From contig JAIOIH010000026.1 of NCBI GenBank assembly GCA_019912395.1, positions 20,812 to 84,811 of the forward strand: 64,000 bases of DNA, in the 5' to 3' direction. Of the stretch, positions 20,643 through 30,050 are shown in pieces. Source of the DNA: Flavobacteriales bacterium (lineage in GTDB: Bacteria; Bacteroidota; Bacteroidia; Flavobacteriales_F; PHOS-HE28). Made by a program: the position numbers and the translations under genes. Positions within the stretch are counted from its first letter, which is position 1; each line of letters begins with the position of its first letter. The notes under the pieces are model-generated. The model had not been told where the DNA came from. It saw nothing but the letters and a program-made list of their open reading frames with translations, and made no database searches.

Positions 20643-21644
20643 ATGACCGAAGAAGGCAAGTCCGCAAAGCTGCTGCCGGCGGTCGGGTTCGTGCTGTGCG
20701 CCCTGGTGGTCGGCCTGTTCGCAGGGGCTTTCATTGGAAGGCTTTCGGTCAGCAAGACCGATGGGATGGCCGGGGCCGCGATAGTACTGTACTATGGCCT
20801 TTTCGGCGGCGTGATCCTTGTTGTTGGAGCCATCCTTCTGGTGCGCCGTTTGGAACGCAGAGGGTTGCTTCGCGCTTTGATGATCATAGGGCCGCTTGCG
20901 GTGATCCTGCTTGCCGGGGCGACGTGGCGCTTCATGAAGCTCAAGGCCGAAAGTGACCGACGCTGGGAGATCGATCGGGAGCGCTACAAGCAGCTGAAAC
21001 CAACCGCACCGACAGCACCGGTCATGTTCGCGTCATTGAATACCGTCATGGGGAACGTTCCAACCACTGATGAAGCGCGTGACCCCGTGCTCGGCTTGGG
21101 CATGGCGGCACCGATCATGGAGCTCGGCACCTTCCACTTCCACGGCGCACCGGACCTGGACCAGCTACCGGGGCTATTTCGTGCAACGGACAGTCTCACT
21201 TTCGCGAAGGGCGAGCACTTCATCGACATCACATCCGCGCCACCCTGGTTCGTTCCGGCACACCTGAAGTTGGATTACGGCCTCCTGCTGTTGAAGGTGG
21301 TCACGCTTTCGCGCAACTGGGCGGAGGTGGAGGTGAACAGCATCGATGGCACCACGCGATGGGTGGACCGGGGAGAATTGCACTTCGAGACCTGGTCCGA
21401 GTTCATCATCAACGTGAATTCCGTGGAGATCATCGACACGGAAACGAACCCGGTACGTCTGAAGCCACTGGACCACGCCGCCATACTCGCGGAAGGCGCC
21501 AATGCCCTGCTCGTCCCACTTGCCGTGCGTGGGGATTGGCTCATGGTCTCCACCGATGGCTTGGCGGACCGTATCGTACCGACGGGTTGGATCCGTTGGC
21601 GGGACGGAGAACGGCTGCTGGTGCGCTACAACTTGTTGTGCTGA
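20643..21644 (+). CDS. Hypothetical membrane protein (3 N-terminal TM helices plus soluble domain)
   Basis: Hydrophobic N-terminal third (VGFVLCALVVGLFAGAFIG; GAAIVLYYGLFGGVILVVGAILLV; LMIIGPLAVILLAGA). 333 aa. Follows the lipoprotein gene after a 12-nt gap. Confidence 0.45.
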   Translation: MTEEGKSAKLLPAVGFVLCALVVGLFAGAFIGRLSVSKTDGMAGAAIVLYYGLFGGVILVVGAILLVRRLERRGLLRALMIIGPLAVILLAGATWRFMKLKAESDRRWEIDRERYKQLKPTAPTAPVMFASLNTVMGNVPTTDEARDPVLGLGMAAPIMELGTFHFHGAPDLDQLPGLFRATDSLTFAKGEHFIDITSAPPWFVPAHLKLDYGLLLLKVVTLSRNWAEVEVNSIDGTTRWVDRGELHFETWSEFIINVNSVEIIDTETNPVRLKPLDHAAILAEGANALLVPLAVRGDWLMVSTDGLADRIVPTGWIRWRDGERLLVRYNLLC

Positions 21645-21768
21645 GGAAACTCCGGACCTGAACGTGGATCGCCGGGTGGACGGGCCTTGGATCGCAAGTG
21701 ACGGTCTTGGTCCGGCACAGTGGTGTTTCCCCTGCAACTTCACGAGCGATTCGGCTGCCGCACTGCGT

Positions 21769-23589
21769 CTATTGCTTCACCCAAACCGCACGCAGCACGC
21801 TGCCGTCCGCGCCGGATGCCTCGATCAGGTAGGTGCCCACCGCGAGTTCACCCACATCGATGCCTTCAGCGCCTTTGCCGGAATGGCCTGTGAACGAACC
21901 TTGCATGGTCAGGATCCGCCAATCCGTGATCGTGCGCGATCCATCGGCCACAAGACGCAGTACGTTCCGGGCTGGATTCGGAACCACCCGGACCGGTGTG
22001 CGTTCTCTTTCCGCGAGCCCGTCCGCATTGTCCCGCACGAATTCCCAAAGCATCAACCGGCCATTGCCTTGATCGCTGGTGTAATTCACGGATCCCGTGT
22101 AGCTGCCGGAAGTGATCGTGCCGGAACCAACGAGCGTGAGCACCTCGTCGTTGTCATAGCCGGTCATGGTCAGTTCGTACCGGTCCACATGCCCTTCCGA
22201 CCAGGGCAGGCCCGAAACGTTCAGTTCCACCGTTCCCGTATCCGGCCCGGGGTCCGGGGCGGGAAGCACCACGTACACGGTATCCCCATTCGTGGTACGA
22301 CCGCCAAGTGCCATGTGCGGAGCATTGATCGCACATGCTATCCGGTCCGTGGCGGTCAACATGCGGTTCATCGCCATGTAGGCGAAGGCGGCGGGCTTGG
22401 GCGCGAAGGTCGGCTTGGAATAGAACATGCCCAGGCAACAGGTCGCTGCGGTGGTGTCGTTGTCCGTCATGCTCGCGGCGTGCGCCATGACAAAGCCGCG
22501 GTCGTTCATTTCAATGATGCCCCGTATCCGGTCCAAGCCATAGTCCAAGCTGTTCCATCCTGCCGAACCGAACGCAGGGTTGAGCACGCCCCACTCCGCA
22601 TTGATCAGGTTCGCATCCGGGAAGAAGGTGTTCCTCCAACCTTGTGCAATGCCCGCCTTCGTGCTGTCGTAGCCCCCAAAGGCATCCGCGGAATAGGGGT
22701 GAACACTGAGGAAGTCCATCCGCGTGGAACTGTCGCGTGCAATGGAAAGGAATTGGACGGGGAAGAGGTTCAGGAAGCTCTGCATCGCGAAACTGCAGCA
22801 ACCCAATTTGACGTGCGGCGAAAGCGCCGGGTCGGCTTCCACCTCATCGGCCAGCGCGGCCATCATGGCGTGCAATTGTGCAGCAGTGCCGTCCCAGAAA
22901 GGCGTTAGCCCGGGAAACTGGTCCGGCTCGTTCCACACCTCGAACCACTTGACATTCCGTGTGGTGTACAGGTGTTTCACGAGCTGATAGAACACCCGGC
23001 CGTAGACCAGGGGATCGATCGGCGGTGCTTGGCGGATCCCATTGTCCCAACCCAACAAGTGGCAAGGTGGGTTCCAATGGATGCACGGATAATAGGCCGG
23101 TGTATCCACGCTGGCCAGCGTGAAGGGCATCGCGGCCATGTCCAGGAACGGTTCGGCTCCCATGGCATGCACCACATCGATCAGTGAATCCACATAGCTG
23201 AGATCGTAGTTGCTGGGCTCGTTCGCACCGGCCATCGTGTTCGGTCCGCGATAGAACTCCGTCCATAAGTTCTTCAGCACCGTGGTGTCGGTGGAGTAGT
23301 GGTCCGCGCTGCCGGGGTCGTCGAAACGCGCCGTGGAAACGCGGACGAAGCGGGGCTTCAACCGGGCCATTTCACTCGCGAATCCCGGGTCGTCGATGAA
23401 CTGGACATGTGGTCCGACCACACTGGGGTTTCCGCCAGCCCCGGTGATCAAATGCATCTCGTAATGATCGCCCCACAACGGTGTGATCGTGCCGACCACG
23501 TTGGAGGCATCCACGCTGATGGTGATCTGCGCACCAGCGGAAAAGGGCAGAACGATCAACACGAAGTGCAGCCAACGGATTCCCATCAT
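21769..23589 (-). CDS. Clan GH-A (TIM-barrel) glycoside hydrolase with T9SS C-terminal sorting domain
   Basis: The track start at 23595 is a TTG; the ATG start at 23589 was used, giving the signal peptide MMGIRWLHFVLIVLPFSAGA. Catalytic acid/base-type motif WFEVWNEPD. C-terminal VRVVPNPARNVLRLV...LAVGTYLIEA CTD. Confidence 0.65.
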   Translation of the reverse strand: MMGIRWLHFVLIVLPFSAGAQITISVDASNVVGTITPLWGDHYEMHLITGAGGNPSVVGPHVQFIDDPGFASEMARLKPRFVRVSTARFDDPGSADHYSTDTTVLKNLWTEFYRGPNTMAGANEPSNYDLSYVDSLIDVVHAMGAEPFLDMAAMPFTLASVDTPAYYPCIHWNPPCHLLGWDNGIRQAPPIDPLVYGRVFYQLVKHLYTTRNVKWFEVWNEPDQFPGLTPFWDGTAAQLHAMMAALADEVEADPALSPHVKLGCCSFAMQSFLNLFPVQFLSIARDSSTRMDFLSVHPYSADAFGGYDSTKAGIAQGWRNTFFPDANLINAEWGVLNPAFGSAGWNSLDYGLDRIRGIIEMNDRGFVMAHAASMTDNDTTAATCCLGMFYSKPTFAPKPAAFAYMAMNRMLTATDRIACAINAPHMALGGRTTNGDTVYVVLPAPDPGPDTGTVELNVSGLPWSEGHVDRYELTMTGYDNDEVLTLVGSGTITSGSYTGSVNYTSDQGNGRLMLWEFVRDNADGLAERERTPVRVVPNPARNVLRLVADGSRTITDWRILTMQGSFTGHSGKGAEGIDVGELAVGTYLIEASGADGSVLRAVWVKQ

Positions 23590-23702
23590 CTTCAAAACGA
23601 AGGTAGTGAGGGATCAAGAGGGAGGCCCATACGCGAAGGCCGGCGCGGAATATTCCGCGCCGGCCTTCAATTGTCCAATTGTCTGATCGCCCGATCGTCC
23701 GA

Positions 23703-25514
23703 TCAATACGCATACTTTCCCTCCGCGATCAACTTCTTCGCGATCGCCTTCCGCAGCTCAGCGGTGTTCAGGTTCGTCGCTTTCGTGAAGCGCTTCGCAC
23801 CCATCAGCATCGCGCGCTGCTCATCGCCATCGGCGAAGTTGTTCACCGCCTCCTTCGCGTACTTGTGGATGCGGTCCGCCGCGTCGTGGATGTAGAGTTG
23901 GGTCATCGCCACCTGCTCCGCGATCGCAGCATCTCCCTTCATTCCTGCCAACTTCAAGGTGCGTAGCAAGGTGCTTTCCGCCAGGTAGGTGTCGATCACC
24001 ATGTCCGCGATGTGCATCAAGGTCTCCTGGTGCTTCGCCAGTTCAAGGCCCAGCTTCTGCGCGGCCCCACCGGCCACCATCAGCACGGCCTTCTTGAAGT
24101 TCGCCACCATGCGCTTCTCGTCGCCGAGGAGTGAATCATCCGGTTCCGGCATGTCGGGAATGCCCATCAGCTCCGCGGCCACGGCCTGCGCCGGACCCAT
24201 CAGGTCCAGTTGGCCCTTCATGGCGCGCTTCAGCAGCATGTCCACCGTGAGCATGCGGTTGATCTCGTTCGTGCCCTCGAAGATCCGGTTGATCCGGCTA
24301 TCGCGGTAGGCGCGCTCCACGGGGCTCTCGGCGCTATAGCCCATGCCGCCATAGATCTGCACGCCCTCGTCGCACACGTAGTCCAGGCACTCGCTCCCGG
24401 CCACTTTCAGGATGGCTGCTTCGGCCGCGTACTGCTCCACACCTTTCAGCAGGGCCTTCGCATGGTCCGCACCGCCGGCCTTCAGTTCCTCGATCGCGCG
24501 CTCCATGTCCTGGCTGCAGCGGTAGGTCGCGCTTTCCACCACATAGCAGTAGGTCGCTTGGTCGGCGAGCTTCTGGCGGATCGCACCGAACGAACTGATC
24601 GGACGCCCGAATTGCTGCCGCTCGTTGGCATATTTCACGCTCATGTCCACAACGGCCTTTGCCCCGCCCAGAGCGGCACCTGAAAGTTTGATTCGACCGA
24701 TGTTCAGGATGTTCACCGCGATCTTGAAACCGTTGCCGCGCTCGCTCAGCATATTCTCCACCGGCACCTTGCAATCGTTGAAGAACACCTGGCGCGTACT
24801 GCTGCCCTTGATCCCCATCTTCTTCTCCTCCGGGTTCAGCGTGATGCCACCGAAGTCCTTCTCCACAATGAAGGCGCTGAGGTTCTTGTCGGGCTCGCCG
24901 GTCTTGGGGTCCACCACCTTGGCGAACACCGTGAAGATGTCCGCAAAGCCACCGTTGGTGATCCACATCTTTTGGCCGTTCAGGAGGTAGTGCTTGCCGT
25001 CATCGCTCAGCACCGCCTTGGTCTTCCCGCTATTGGCATCGCTGCCGGCGCCGGGCTCGGTGAGGCAGTAGGCGGCCTTCCACTCGCCGGTGGCCAGCTT
25101 GGGGATGTACTTCTGCTTCTGTTCCCCGGTTCCGTAATAGAGGATCGGAAGCGTGCCGATGCCGGTATGTGCCGCGATGGCCACGCTGAAACTATGTCCG
25201 GCCCCGGTCACTTCCGTCAGCAACATGGTGGTCACGAAGTCCTTGCCGAAGCCGCCGAACTCTTCCGGCAAGGAGATGCCCAGCAGCCCGAGTTCACCGG
25301 CCTTTTCAAGCAAACTCTGCATGAGGCCCTCCTCCATGGAATCGATGCGGTCCAAATTGGGCCATACGTTCTGTTCCAGGAATTCACGGGCGCTCTGTGC
25401 GATCATGCGCTGCTCCTCATTGAATTCCTCGGGGATGAAAATCTCCTGCGGATCGCTTTCGCGTATCAGGAACTCACCACCTTGAAGAGCTTTGGTTCTG
25501 GTCTCGTTCGCCAT
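23703..25514 (-). CDS. Acyl-CoA dehydrogenase (long, about 600 aa FadE-like)
   Basis: 603 aa. ACAD N/M/C domains (YCLTEPGAGSD, GQKMWITNGGFAD). C-terminal extension typical of large ACADs. Confidence 0.9.
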   Translation of the reverse strand: MANETRTKALQGGEFLIRESDPQEIFIPEEFNEEQRMIAQSAREFLEQNVWPNLDRIDSMEEGLMQSLLEKAGELGLLGISLPEEFGGFGKDFVTTMLLTEVTGAGHSFSVAIAAHTGIGTLPILYYGTGEQKQKYIPKLATGEWKAAYCLTEPGAGSDANSGKTKAVLSDDGKHYLLNGQKMWITNGGFADIFTVFAKVVDPKTGEPDKNLSAFIVEKDFGGITLNPEEKKMGIKGSSTRQVFFNDCKVPVENMLSERGNGFKIAVNILNIGRIKLSGAALGGAKAVVDMSVKYANERQQFGRPISSFGAIRQKLADQATYCYVVESATYRCSQDMERAIEELKAGGADHAKALLKGVEQYAAEAAILKVAGSECLDYVCDEGVQIYGGMGYSAESPVERAYRDSRINRIFEGTNEINRMLTVDMLLKRAMKGQLDLMGPAQAVAAELMGIPDMPEPDDSLLGDEKRMVANFKKAVLMVAGGAAQKLGLELAKHQETLMHIADMVIDTYLAESTLLRTLKLAGMKGDAAIAEQVAMTQLYIHDAADRIHKYAKEAVNNFADGDEQRAMLMGAKRFTKATNLNTAELRKAIAKKLIAEGKYAY

Positions 25515-25631
25515 TGTTCAGTTCGGATGTTCAGGCTGCGGTGCCTGTGGGATGTCTTTAAGAAAGGTGGTTTGCGCTAGTTCGGATAAAGGTATGCACG
25601 CATACTATATCCTGCAAGTACCCTTGGCCGC

Positions 25632-26264
25632 TTATTCGGCATCAGGTTTCCGGAACGCACAAAAGAGGAAGTTTTGGATCTTATGGGTCGGTGTCTCGTG
25701 GTCCACCGTGATGCACTTGATCTTAGTGCAGACCTTCCCCAACCGAGCGGTCATTTCAGCTTCGCTATAGCGGTGGACGGGGATCCCGCTGCACTTCTCC
25801 GGTCCGTTCTCGCTGAAGGTCGCCAGGATCAACAGCCCACCGGGGGCCAAGTACTTCGACAATTTCCCCAAGTAGTCCTCCACCTCCTGATCCGTGGTCA
25901 GGAAGTGGAACACGGCGCGATCATGCCAGACATCGAAGGGAGCTGTGGCCTCGAAGTCCGTGGCGCTGGCCTCTATCCATTCCACCGCGTTGGCGCGGTC
26001 GCCCAGGCGGTTTTGCGCTTTCTCCATGGCCTTGCCGCTGATGTCCAGCACGGTGAGGTCCGTGAATCCCCGGTCCAGCAGATGGTCCACCAGCAGGCTA
26101 TCGCCACCGCCGATGTCGATGATCCGCGCATCGCTGCGTACCCCGTATTCAGCGAAGAGGTCCAACGAGACCTTGGGCATGGCCTGGAACCAGCTCACGT
26201 CCTGTGGGCCCTTCTTGGCGTAGAGGTCCTCCCAATGCGTCCTGGGGTCGAAGGTGGTGCTCAT
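25632..26264 (-). CDS. Class I SAM-dependent methyltransferase
   Basis: IIDIGGGDSLLVDHL (motif I), DLTVLDIS, FDVWHDRAVFHFL. 210 aa. Confidence 0.7.
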   Translation of the reverse strand: MSTTFDPRTHWEDLYAKKGPQDVSWFQAMPKVSLDLFAEYGVRSDARIIDIGGGDSLLVDHLLDRGFTDLTVLDISGKAMEKAQNRLGDRANAVEWIEASATDFEATAPFDVWHDRAVFHFLTTDQEVEDYLGKLSKYLAPGGLLILATFSENGPEKCSGIPVHRYSEAEMTARLGKVCTKIKCITVDHETPTHKIQNFLFCAFRKPDAE

Positions 26265-26410
26265 GGCTGCGATCAGACGATCGGAAAATTGGATGCTTCC
26301 GCCGAAGCTTTAGCGAAGGAGGATGATCAGACAATGGTGGCGCGTTCGAGCTGAATGAATGAAGAAGTTCCCAAGATATCCGCCATCGAACAATTCAGTC
26401 GGATCCAATT

Positions 26411-26492
26411 TGTAACCAACTGCTTCAACTGGTTACGATCTGTTACCAGTTGAGGTGACCGATCCAACCGGTTACGATCTGGATCCGGTTCG
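26411..26492. promoter_or_regulatory. Palindromic repeats in the promoter region of the methyltransferase / acyl-CoA dehydrogenase unit: a candidate operator
   Basis: GTAACCAACTG at 26411. Near-perfect inverted repeat AACTGGTTAC-gatct-GTTACCAGTT at 26427-26451. AACCGGTTACGATCTGGATCCGGTT at 26465-26489. The core GGTTACGATCTG occurs twice. Confidence 0.3.
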
Positions 26493-26510
26493 CTGCGATC
26501 CATGCTGTGC

Positions 26511-27686
26511 TCAATTCAACAACTCAAAAACACTCGCCGCTCCCTGCCCCGTCCCTACGCACATCGTCACCACGCCGTACTTCTGCTTGCGGCGCCGCAT
26601 CTCATTGAACAACTGCACGCTCAGCTTCGCCCCGGTACAACCCAACGGGTGTCCCATCGCAATGGCTCCACCATTCACATTGACTATTGCCGGGTCCAGG
26701 CCCAACTCGCGGATCACGGCGAGGCTCTGGCTCGCGAAGGCCTCGTTCAACTCGAACTGCTCGATGTCCTGCAGCTTCAGCCCGGCCTTTTCAATGGCCT
26801 TCGGCACGGCGGCCACCGGACCGATGCCCATGATGCGCGGCTCCACGCCGGCCACGTGGTAGGAGAGGAGGCGCGCGATCGGCTTCACGCCGAGTTCCTT
26901 CAGCATGCGCTCGCTCACCACCAGCACGAAGGCCGCGCCATCGCTGGTCTGGCTCGCGTTGCCCGCCGTCACCGTCCCCTTCGCATCGAACACCGGACGC
27001 AGTTTCGCCAGGCCCTCGATCGTGCTCGCGCGCGGACCTTCATCGGTATCCACGATGTACTTCTCCACCTGGCGCTTCTCCTTCGCATCCAGGAACACGC
27101 GCTCCACTTCGAAGGGCACGATGTCGTCCTTGAAACGCCCGGCGGCGATGGCGGCCAGCGCCTTCTCGTGGCTCTTCAGGCTAAAGGCATCCTGGTCCTC
27201 GCGGCTCACCTTGTAGTCGCGCGCCACGGCCTCGGCGGTAAGGCCCATGCCCCAGTACCACGTCGGGTGCTCCTTGCCCACCCTGGCGTTCGGCACAATG
27301 CGCCAGCCACCGAAGGGGATCGGGCTCATGCACTCCACGCCACCGGCCACAATGCAATCGGCTTGGCCGCTGTGGATCTTCGCACTCGCGATCGCGATGG
27401 TCTCGCTGCCGCTGCTGCAATAGCGGTTCACCGTCATGCCCGGCACCTTGTCCGTGTCCAGGCCCATCAGGCTGATCATGCGGCCGATGTTCAGGCCCTG
27501 CTCCGCCTCGGGCGTCGCGTTGCCCACGATCACATCGTCGATGCGCTCCTTGTCCAAGCCCGGGACGGAGTTCACGAGGTGTCTCACCACATGGGCTCCG
27601 AGGTCGTCGGGTCGTGTGAAGCGGAACTTTCCTCGGGGTGCCTTTCCGACGGCGCTTCTGTACGCGGCAATGATGTATGCATTCAT
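26511..27686 (-). CDS. Acetyl-CoA C-acyltransferase (thiolase)
   Basis: 391 aa. Thiolase active-site regions (NRYCSSGSETI, GGVECMS, CVGTGQGAA). Confidence 0.92.
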   Translation of the reverse strand: MNAYIIAAYRSAVGKAPRGKFRFTRPDDLGAHVVRHLVNSVPGLDKERIDDVIVGNATPEAEQGLNIGRMISLMGLDTDKVPGMTVNRYCSSGSETIAIASAKIHSGQADCIVAGGVECMSPIPFGGWRIVPNARVGKEHPTWYWGMGLTAEAVARDYKVSREDQDAFSLKSHEKALAAIAAGRFKDDIVPFEVERVFLDAKEKRQVEKYIVDTDEGPRASTIEGLAKLRPVFDAKGTVTAGNASQTSDGAAFVLVVSERMLKELGVKPIARLLSYHVAGVEPRIMGIGPVAAVPKAIEKAGLKLQDIEQFELNEAFASQSLAVIRELGLDPAIVNVNGGAIAMGHPLGCTGAKLSVQLFNEMRRRKQKYGVVTMCVGTGQGAASVFELLN

Positions 27687-28201
27687 GATGTTGTTACCGG
27701 ATCACCGGTGGAATTTCGTTTGTGTTCTTTGGGGCGTGCCCCTCGCAAAGCCTAGGGTCGCGCTCTCCGCTGTACTCCTCGGCCGGATTACCGGCCTGCG
27801 GGGTGCCGCTGCGATCGCTCACGCGGAATGCAGGTTGTTGTCGGCGGTGAGCACCGGTATGTTGTGTCGGTGGTGCGATATGGAGAACTGTGGTATGCAC
27901 CGCCGAAGAGGTAAACGATTGAGATTCAGGGAGTTTCAGAATGGTCCCTCCGGTTATGTCAAGATCTCTCCCTCGATATGGAGAGTTGAAAGAGGGGCGG
28001 GACGAGGTGTTTTGGGAGATCGAGGGGGGGATATGGAGAAGAGAGGACTTGGAGGTGTGTTCTTTAATGCTTTGATATTCAGTGAGATGTGCCGGGGGTG
28101 CCCGGAATATGTCAATTCTCGGCCCCTGATATGGTGAACAACATGTATGCACCGGTGCCGGTTGGTGCAATTCCCATCTGATAGGCATATGTTGGCACCG
28201 T

Positions 28202-29911
28202 TCATTCATGGGCGGCTCGTAGTTGAGCAAAGGCCTCATTCACCAACGCGCTACCTCGAAGGTTGGCCAATGTGGGCGACAGGGAATAGCGCGTACCCTT
28301 AAGCTTTCCACTGGAGGTCACAACGCGGTCTTCAATGAGGCGCTGGAGAACACTGCGCAACTGACTGCGTGAAAGCACTGCTTCCATGACCGGTGCTAGT
28401 TCTCCGATCTTCTTGTCCCCATCCTGTAAGGCAACGATGATCGGTTCGATCTCGTATGTGATGTACCGCTTGCCGATCCGCAAGCCATCGCTGACCATCT
28501 GATAGTACTCGTCGTGTAACTGGTATCGCTTCGCAGAGTGGTGCGGCTTGGTGACCAAGCCGATCGCCAGCAACTGGTCCACGATCGGTTGGTTCAAGCT
28601 TTGGAACATGCTGTTCCGGATCTTGCAGAGCGTGATGATCTGTTCCACTCCCAACTTCGGTTCCTTGTCGCTCAGCTGATAGCGATTGATGAACACATGA
28701 AAGGCTTTGTCTATGACTGTACAGGAGAGTGACAGGGTTACTTGAAACGGGTCCGAGGCGCTGTAGTCAGGCTCTGCCTTGCCTTCTGAAAGCGTGATTG
28801 AGAAAATCTTGTCCACACCTTGGCCGCTGCGCTCCACGAGACCGGTCTTCTCCATCACCTCGGTCATCAGGCGGCTACGCGGGGTGCTGCTGACGGTAAG
28901 CAGGTTCTCCAGCGTAACGCCCTTCGGGAATCCTCCTGGGTTGTTGACCACGATCCGCTCTGGATACTGCTTCACCACAACTTCGCTCTGAATGGTGTAG
29001 TCCCGGTGAGCCACAGCGTTCAACAGCGCCTCTCGGATTACCGATTCGTTCAGGCTGAAGATGTCGAAGATGTACGAGCCGAACTGAACCGGGGTTTTCC
29101 GATTCAGCCGTGGGTCATTGATGGCATCCCATACAAGATCGATCACCTTGTACACCGGACCTTCGAAGACATCACGAGAATCGTGATGGATCTGTGTGTC
29201 CTCATTGCGGAACTCACGGATGATCCTGCTCTGTGGAAGATGCTGCCCTATGGCTTCCACCTTGCCAAGCAGGATGAGTGCTGCATAAGTCAGCCCTTGT
29301 GCGGTCGAAAGTCCGAGGTCGCTCAGTATCTGCTCGAGGCTGAGCGTCGCAAAAGCCGGGTTCTTCTGCTTCTTTGCATAGGCGGCCTTCATGCGCTCCA
29401 CGGCTTCAAGGTCAAGGTCGCTGATGGTGAGGCCTCTGCAGATCTTTGCGGAGAAGTCTGGCTCTTGCTCAGATAATACGCTCAGCAGTTCGTCATCGGA
29501 CATCGGCCTTAGGCTATCGCCGGTCCGCATCAGAGCAACTCCCTCGAACTTCAAGGTCTTGCCTATTGGTCGGGGCGGTACCTTGAAGATCACTACACGG
29601 TTGACCCCTTCGAACAGCTCGCTTATGTGCACCCGCATCCGGTGGTGCTGGTAGATGGCATCTTCCATTTCGCCAACCTTCCTAAGACCGAACTCTGATC
29701 CAACGACTTCATGTGGCCATGCGTTGGTCATTCCCAGGACCAGCATTCCACCGCCTTCGTTCGCCAACGCTGCTACATAACCCAACACGCATTTACGTCG
29801 CTCACCGGGGTCAGCATGACTGCTGCCATTGAAGGGAAAGTTCCGCTTGGCCTCCTTAAACTCAACGCGGTCCTCTGACTCTTTCAGAAGCTTTAGCTGC
29901 TCAATGGTCAT
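28202..29911 (-). CDS. AlbA_2 (Schlafen-like) + HATPase_c_4 putative DNA-binding ATP-binding protein. This family is often mis-annotated as RecG-like.
   Basis: Trimmed to MTIEQLKLLKESEDRVEFKEAKRNFPF (AlbA_2 N-terminus). Central NAVAHRDYT motif of HATPase_c_4. C-terminal winged-helix-like region. Visibly lower GC and A/T-ending codons compared with flanking genes. Confidence 0.7.
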   Translation of the reverse strand: MTIEQLKLLKESEDRVEFKEAKRNFPFNGSSHADPGERRKCVLGYVAALANEGGGMLVLGMTNAWPHEVVGSEFGLRKVGEMEDAIYQHHRMRVHISELFEGVNRVVIFKVPPRPIGKTLKFEGVALMRTGDSLRPMSDDELLSVLSEQEPDFSAKICRGLTISDLDLEAVERMKAAYAKKQKNPAFATLSLEQILSDLGLSTAQGLTYAALILLGKVEAIGQHLPQSRIIREFRNEDTQIHHDSRDVFEGPVYKVIDLVWDAINDPRLNRKTPVQFGSYIFDIFSLNESVIREALLNAVAHRDYTIQSEVVVKQYPERIVVNNPGGFPKGVTLENLLTVSSTPRSRLMTEVMEKTGLVERSGQGVDKIFSITLSEGKAEPDYSASDPFQVTLSLSCTVIDKAFHVFINRYQLSDKEPKLGVEQIITLCKIRNSMFQSLNQPIVDQLLAIGLVTKPHHSAKRYQLHDEYYQMVSDGLRIGKRYITYEIEPIIVALQDGDKKIGELAPVMEAVLSRSQLRSVLQRLIEDRVVTSSGKLKGTRYSLSPTLANLRGSALVNEAFAQLRAAHE

Positions 29912-30050
29912 GCGCAATAGGTGTTTCGCGTGAGCGATTGAAGCGGAAAGCCCACAGCGAGGAACGAGCGAGGACTTGCAGCGGAAAGCGCGACGGCGAG
30001 TCTTCGAGCCGGCACGCCCAAACAACTAACGCTATGTTTCACCGCGTTCA

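Noticed and set aside
26502-27755. 417-aa plus-strand ORF
   Set aside because: Antisense to the thiolase gene. Arg/His/Ala-rich shadow ORF.
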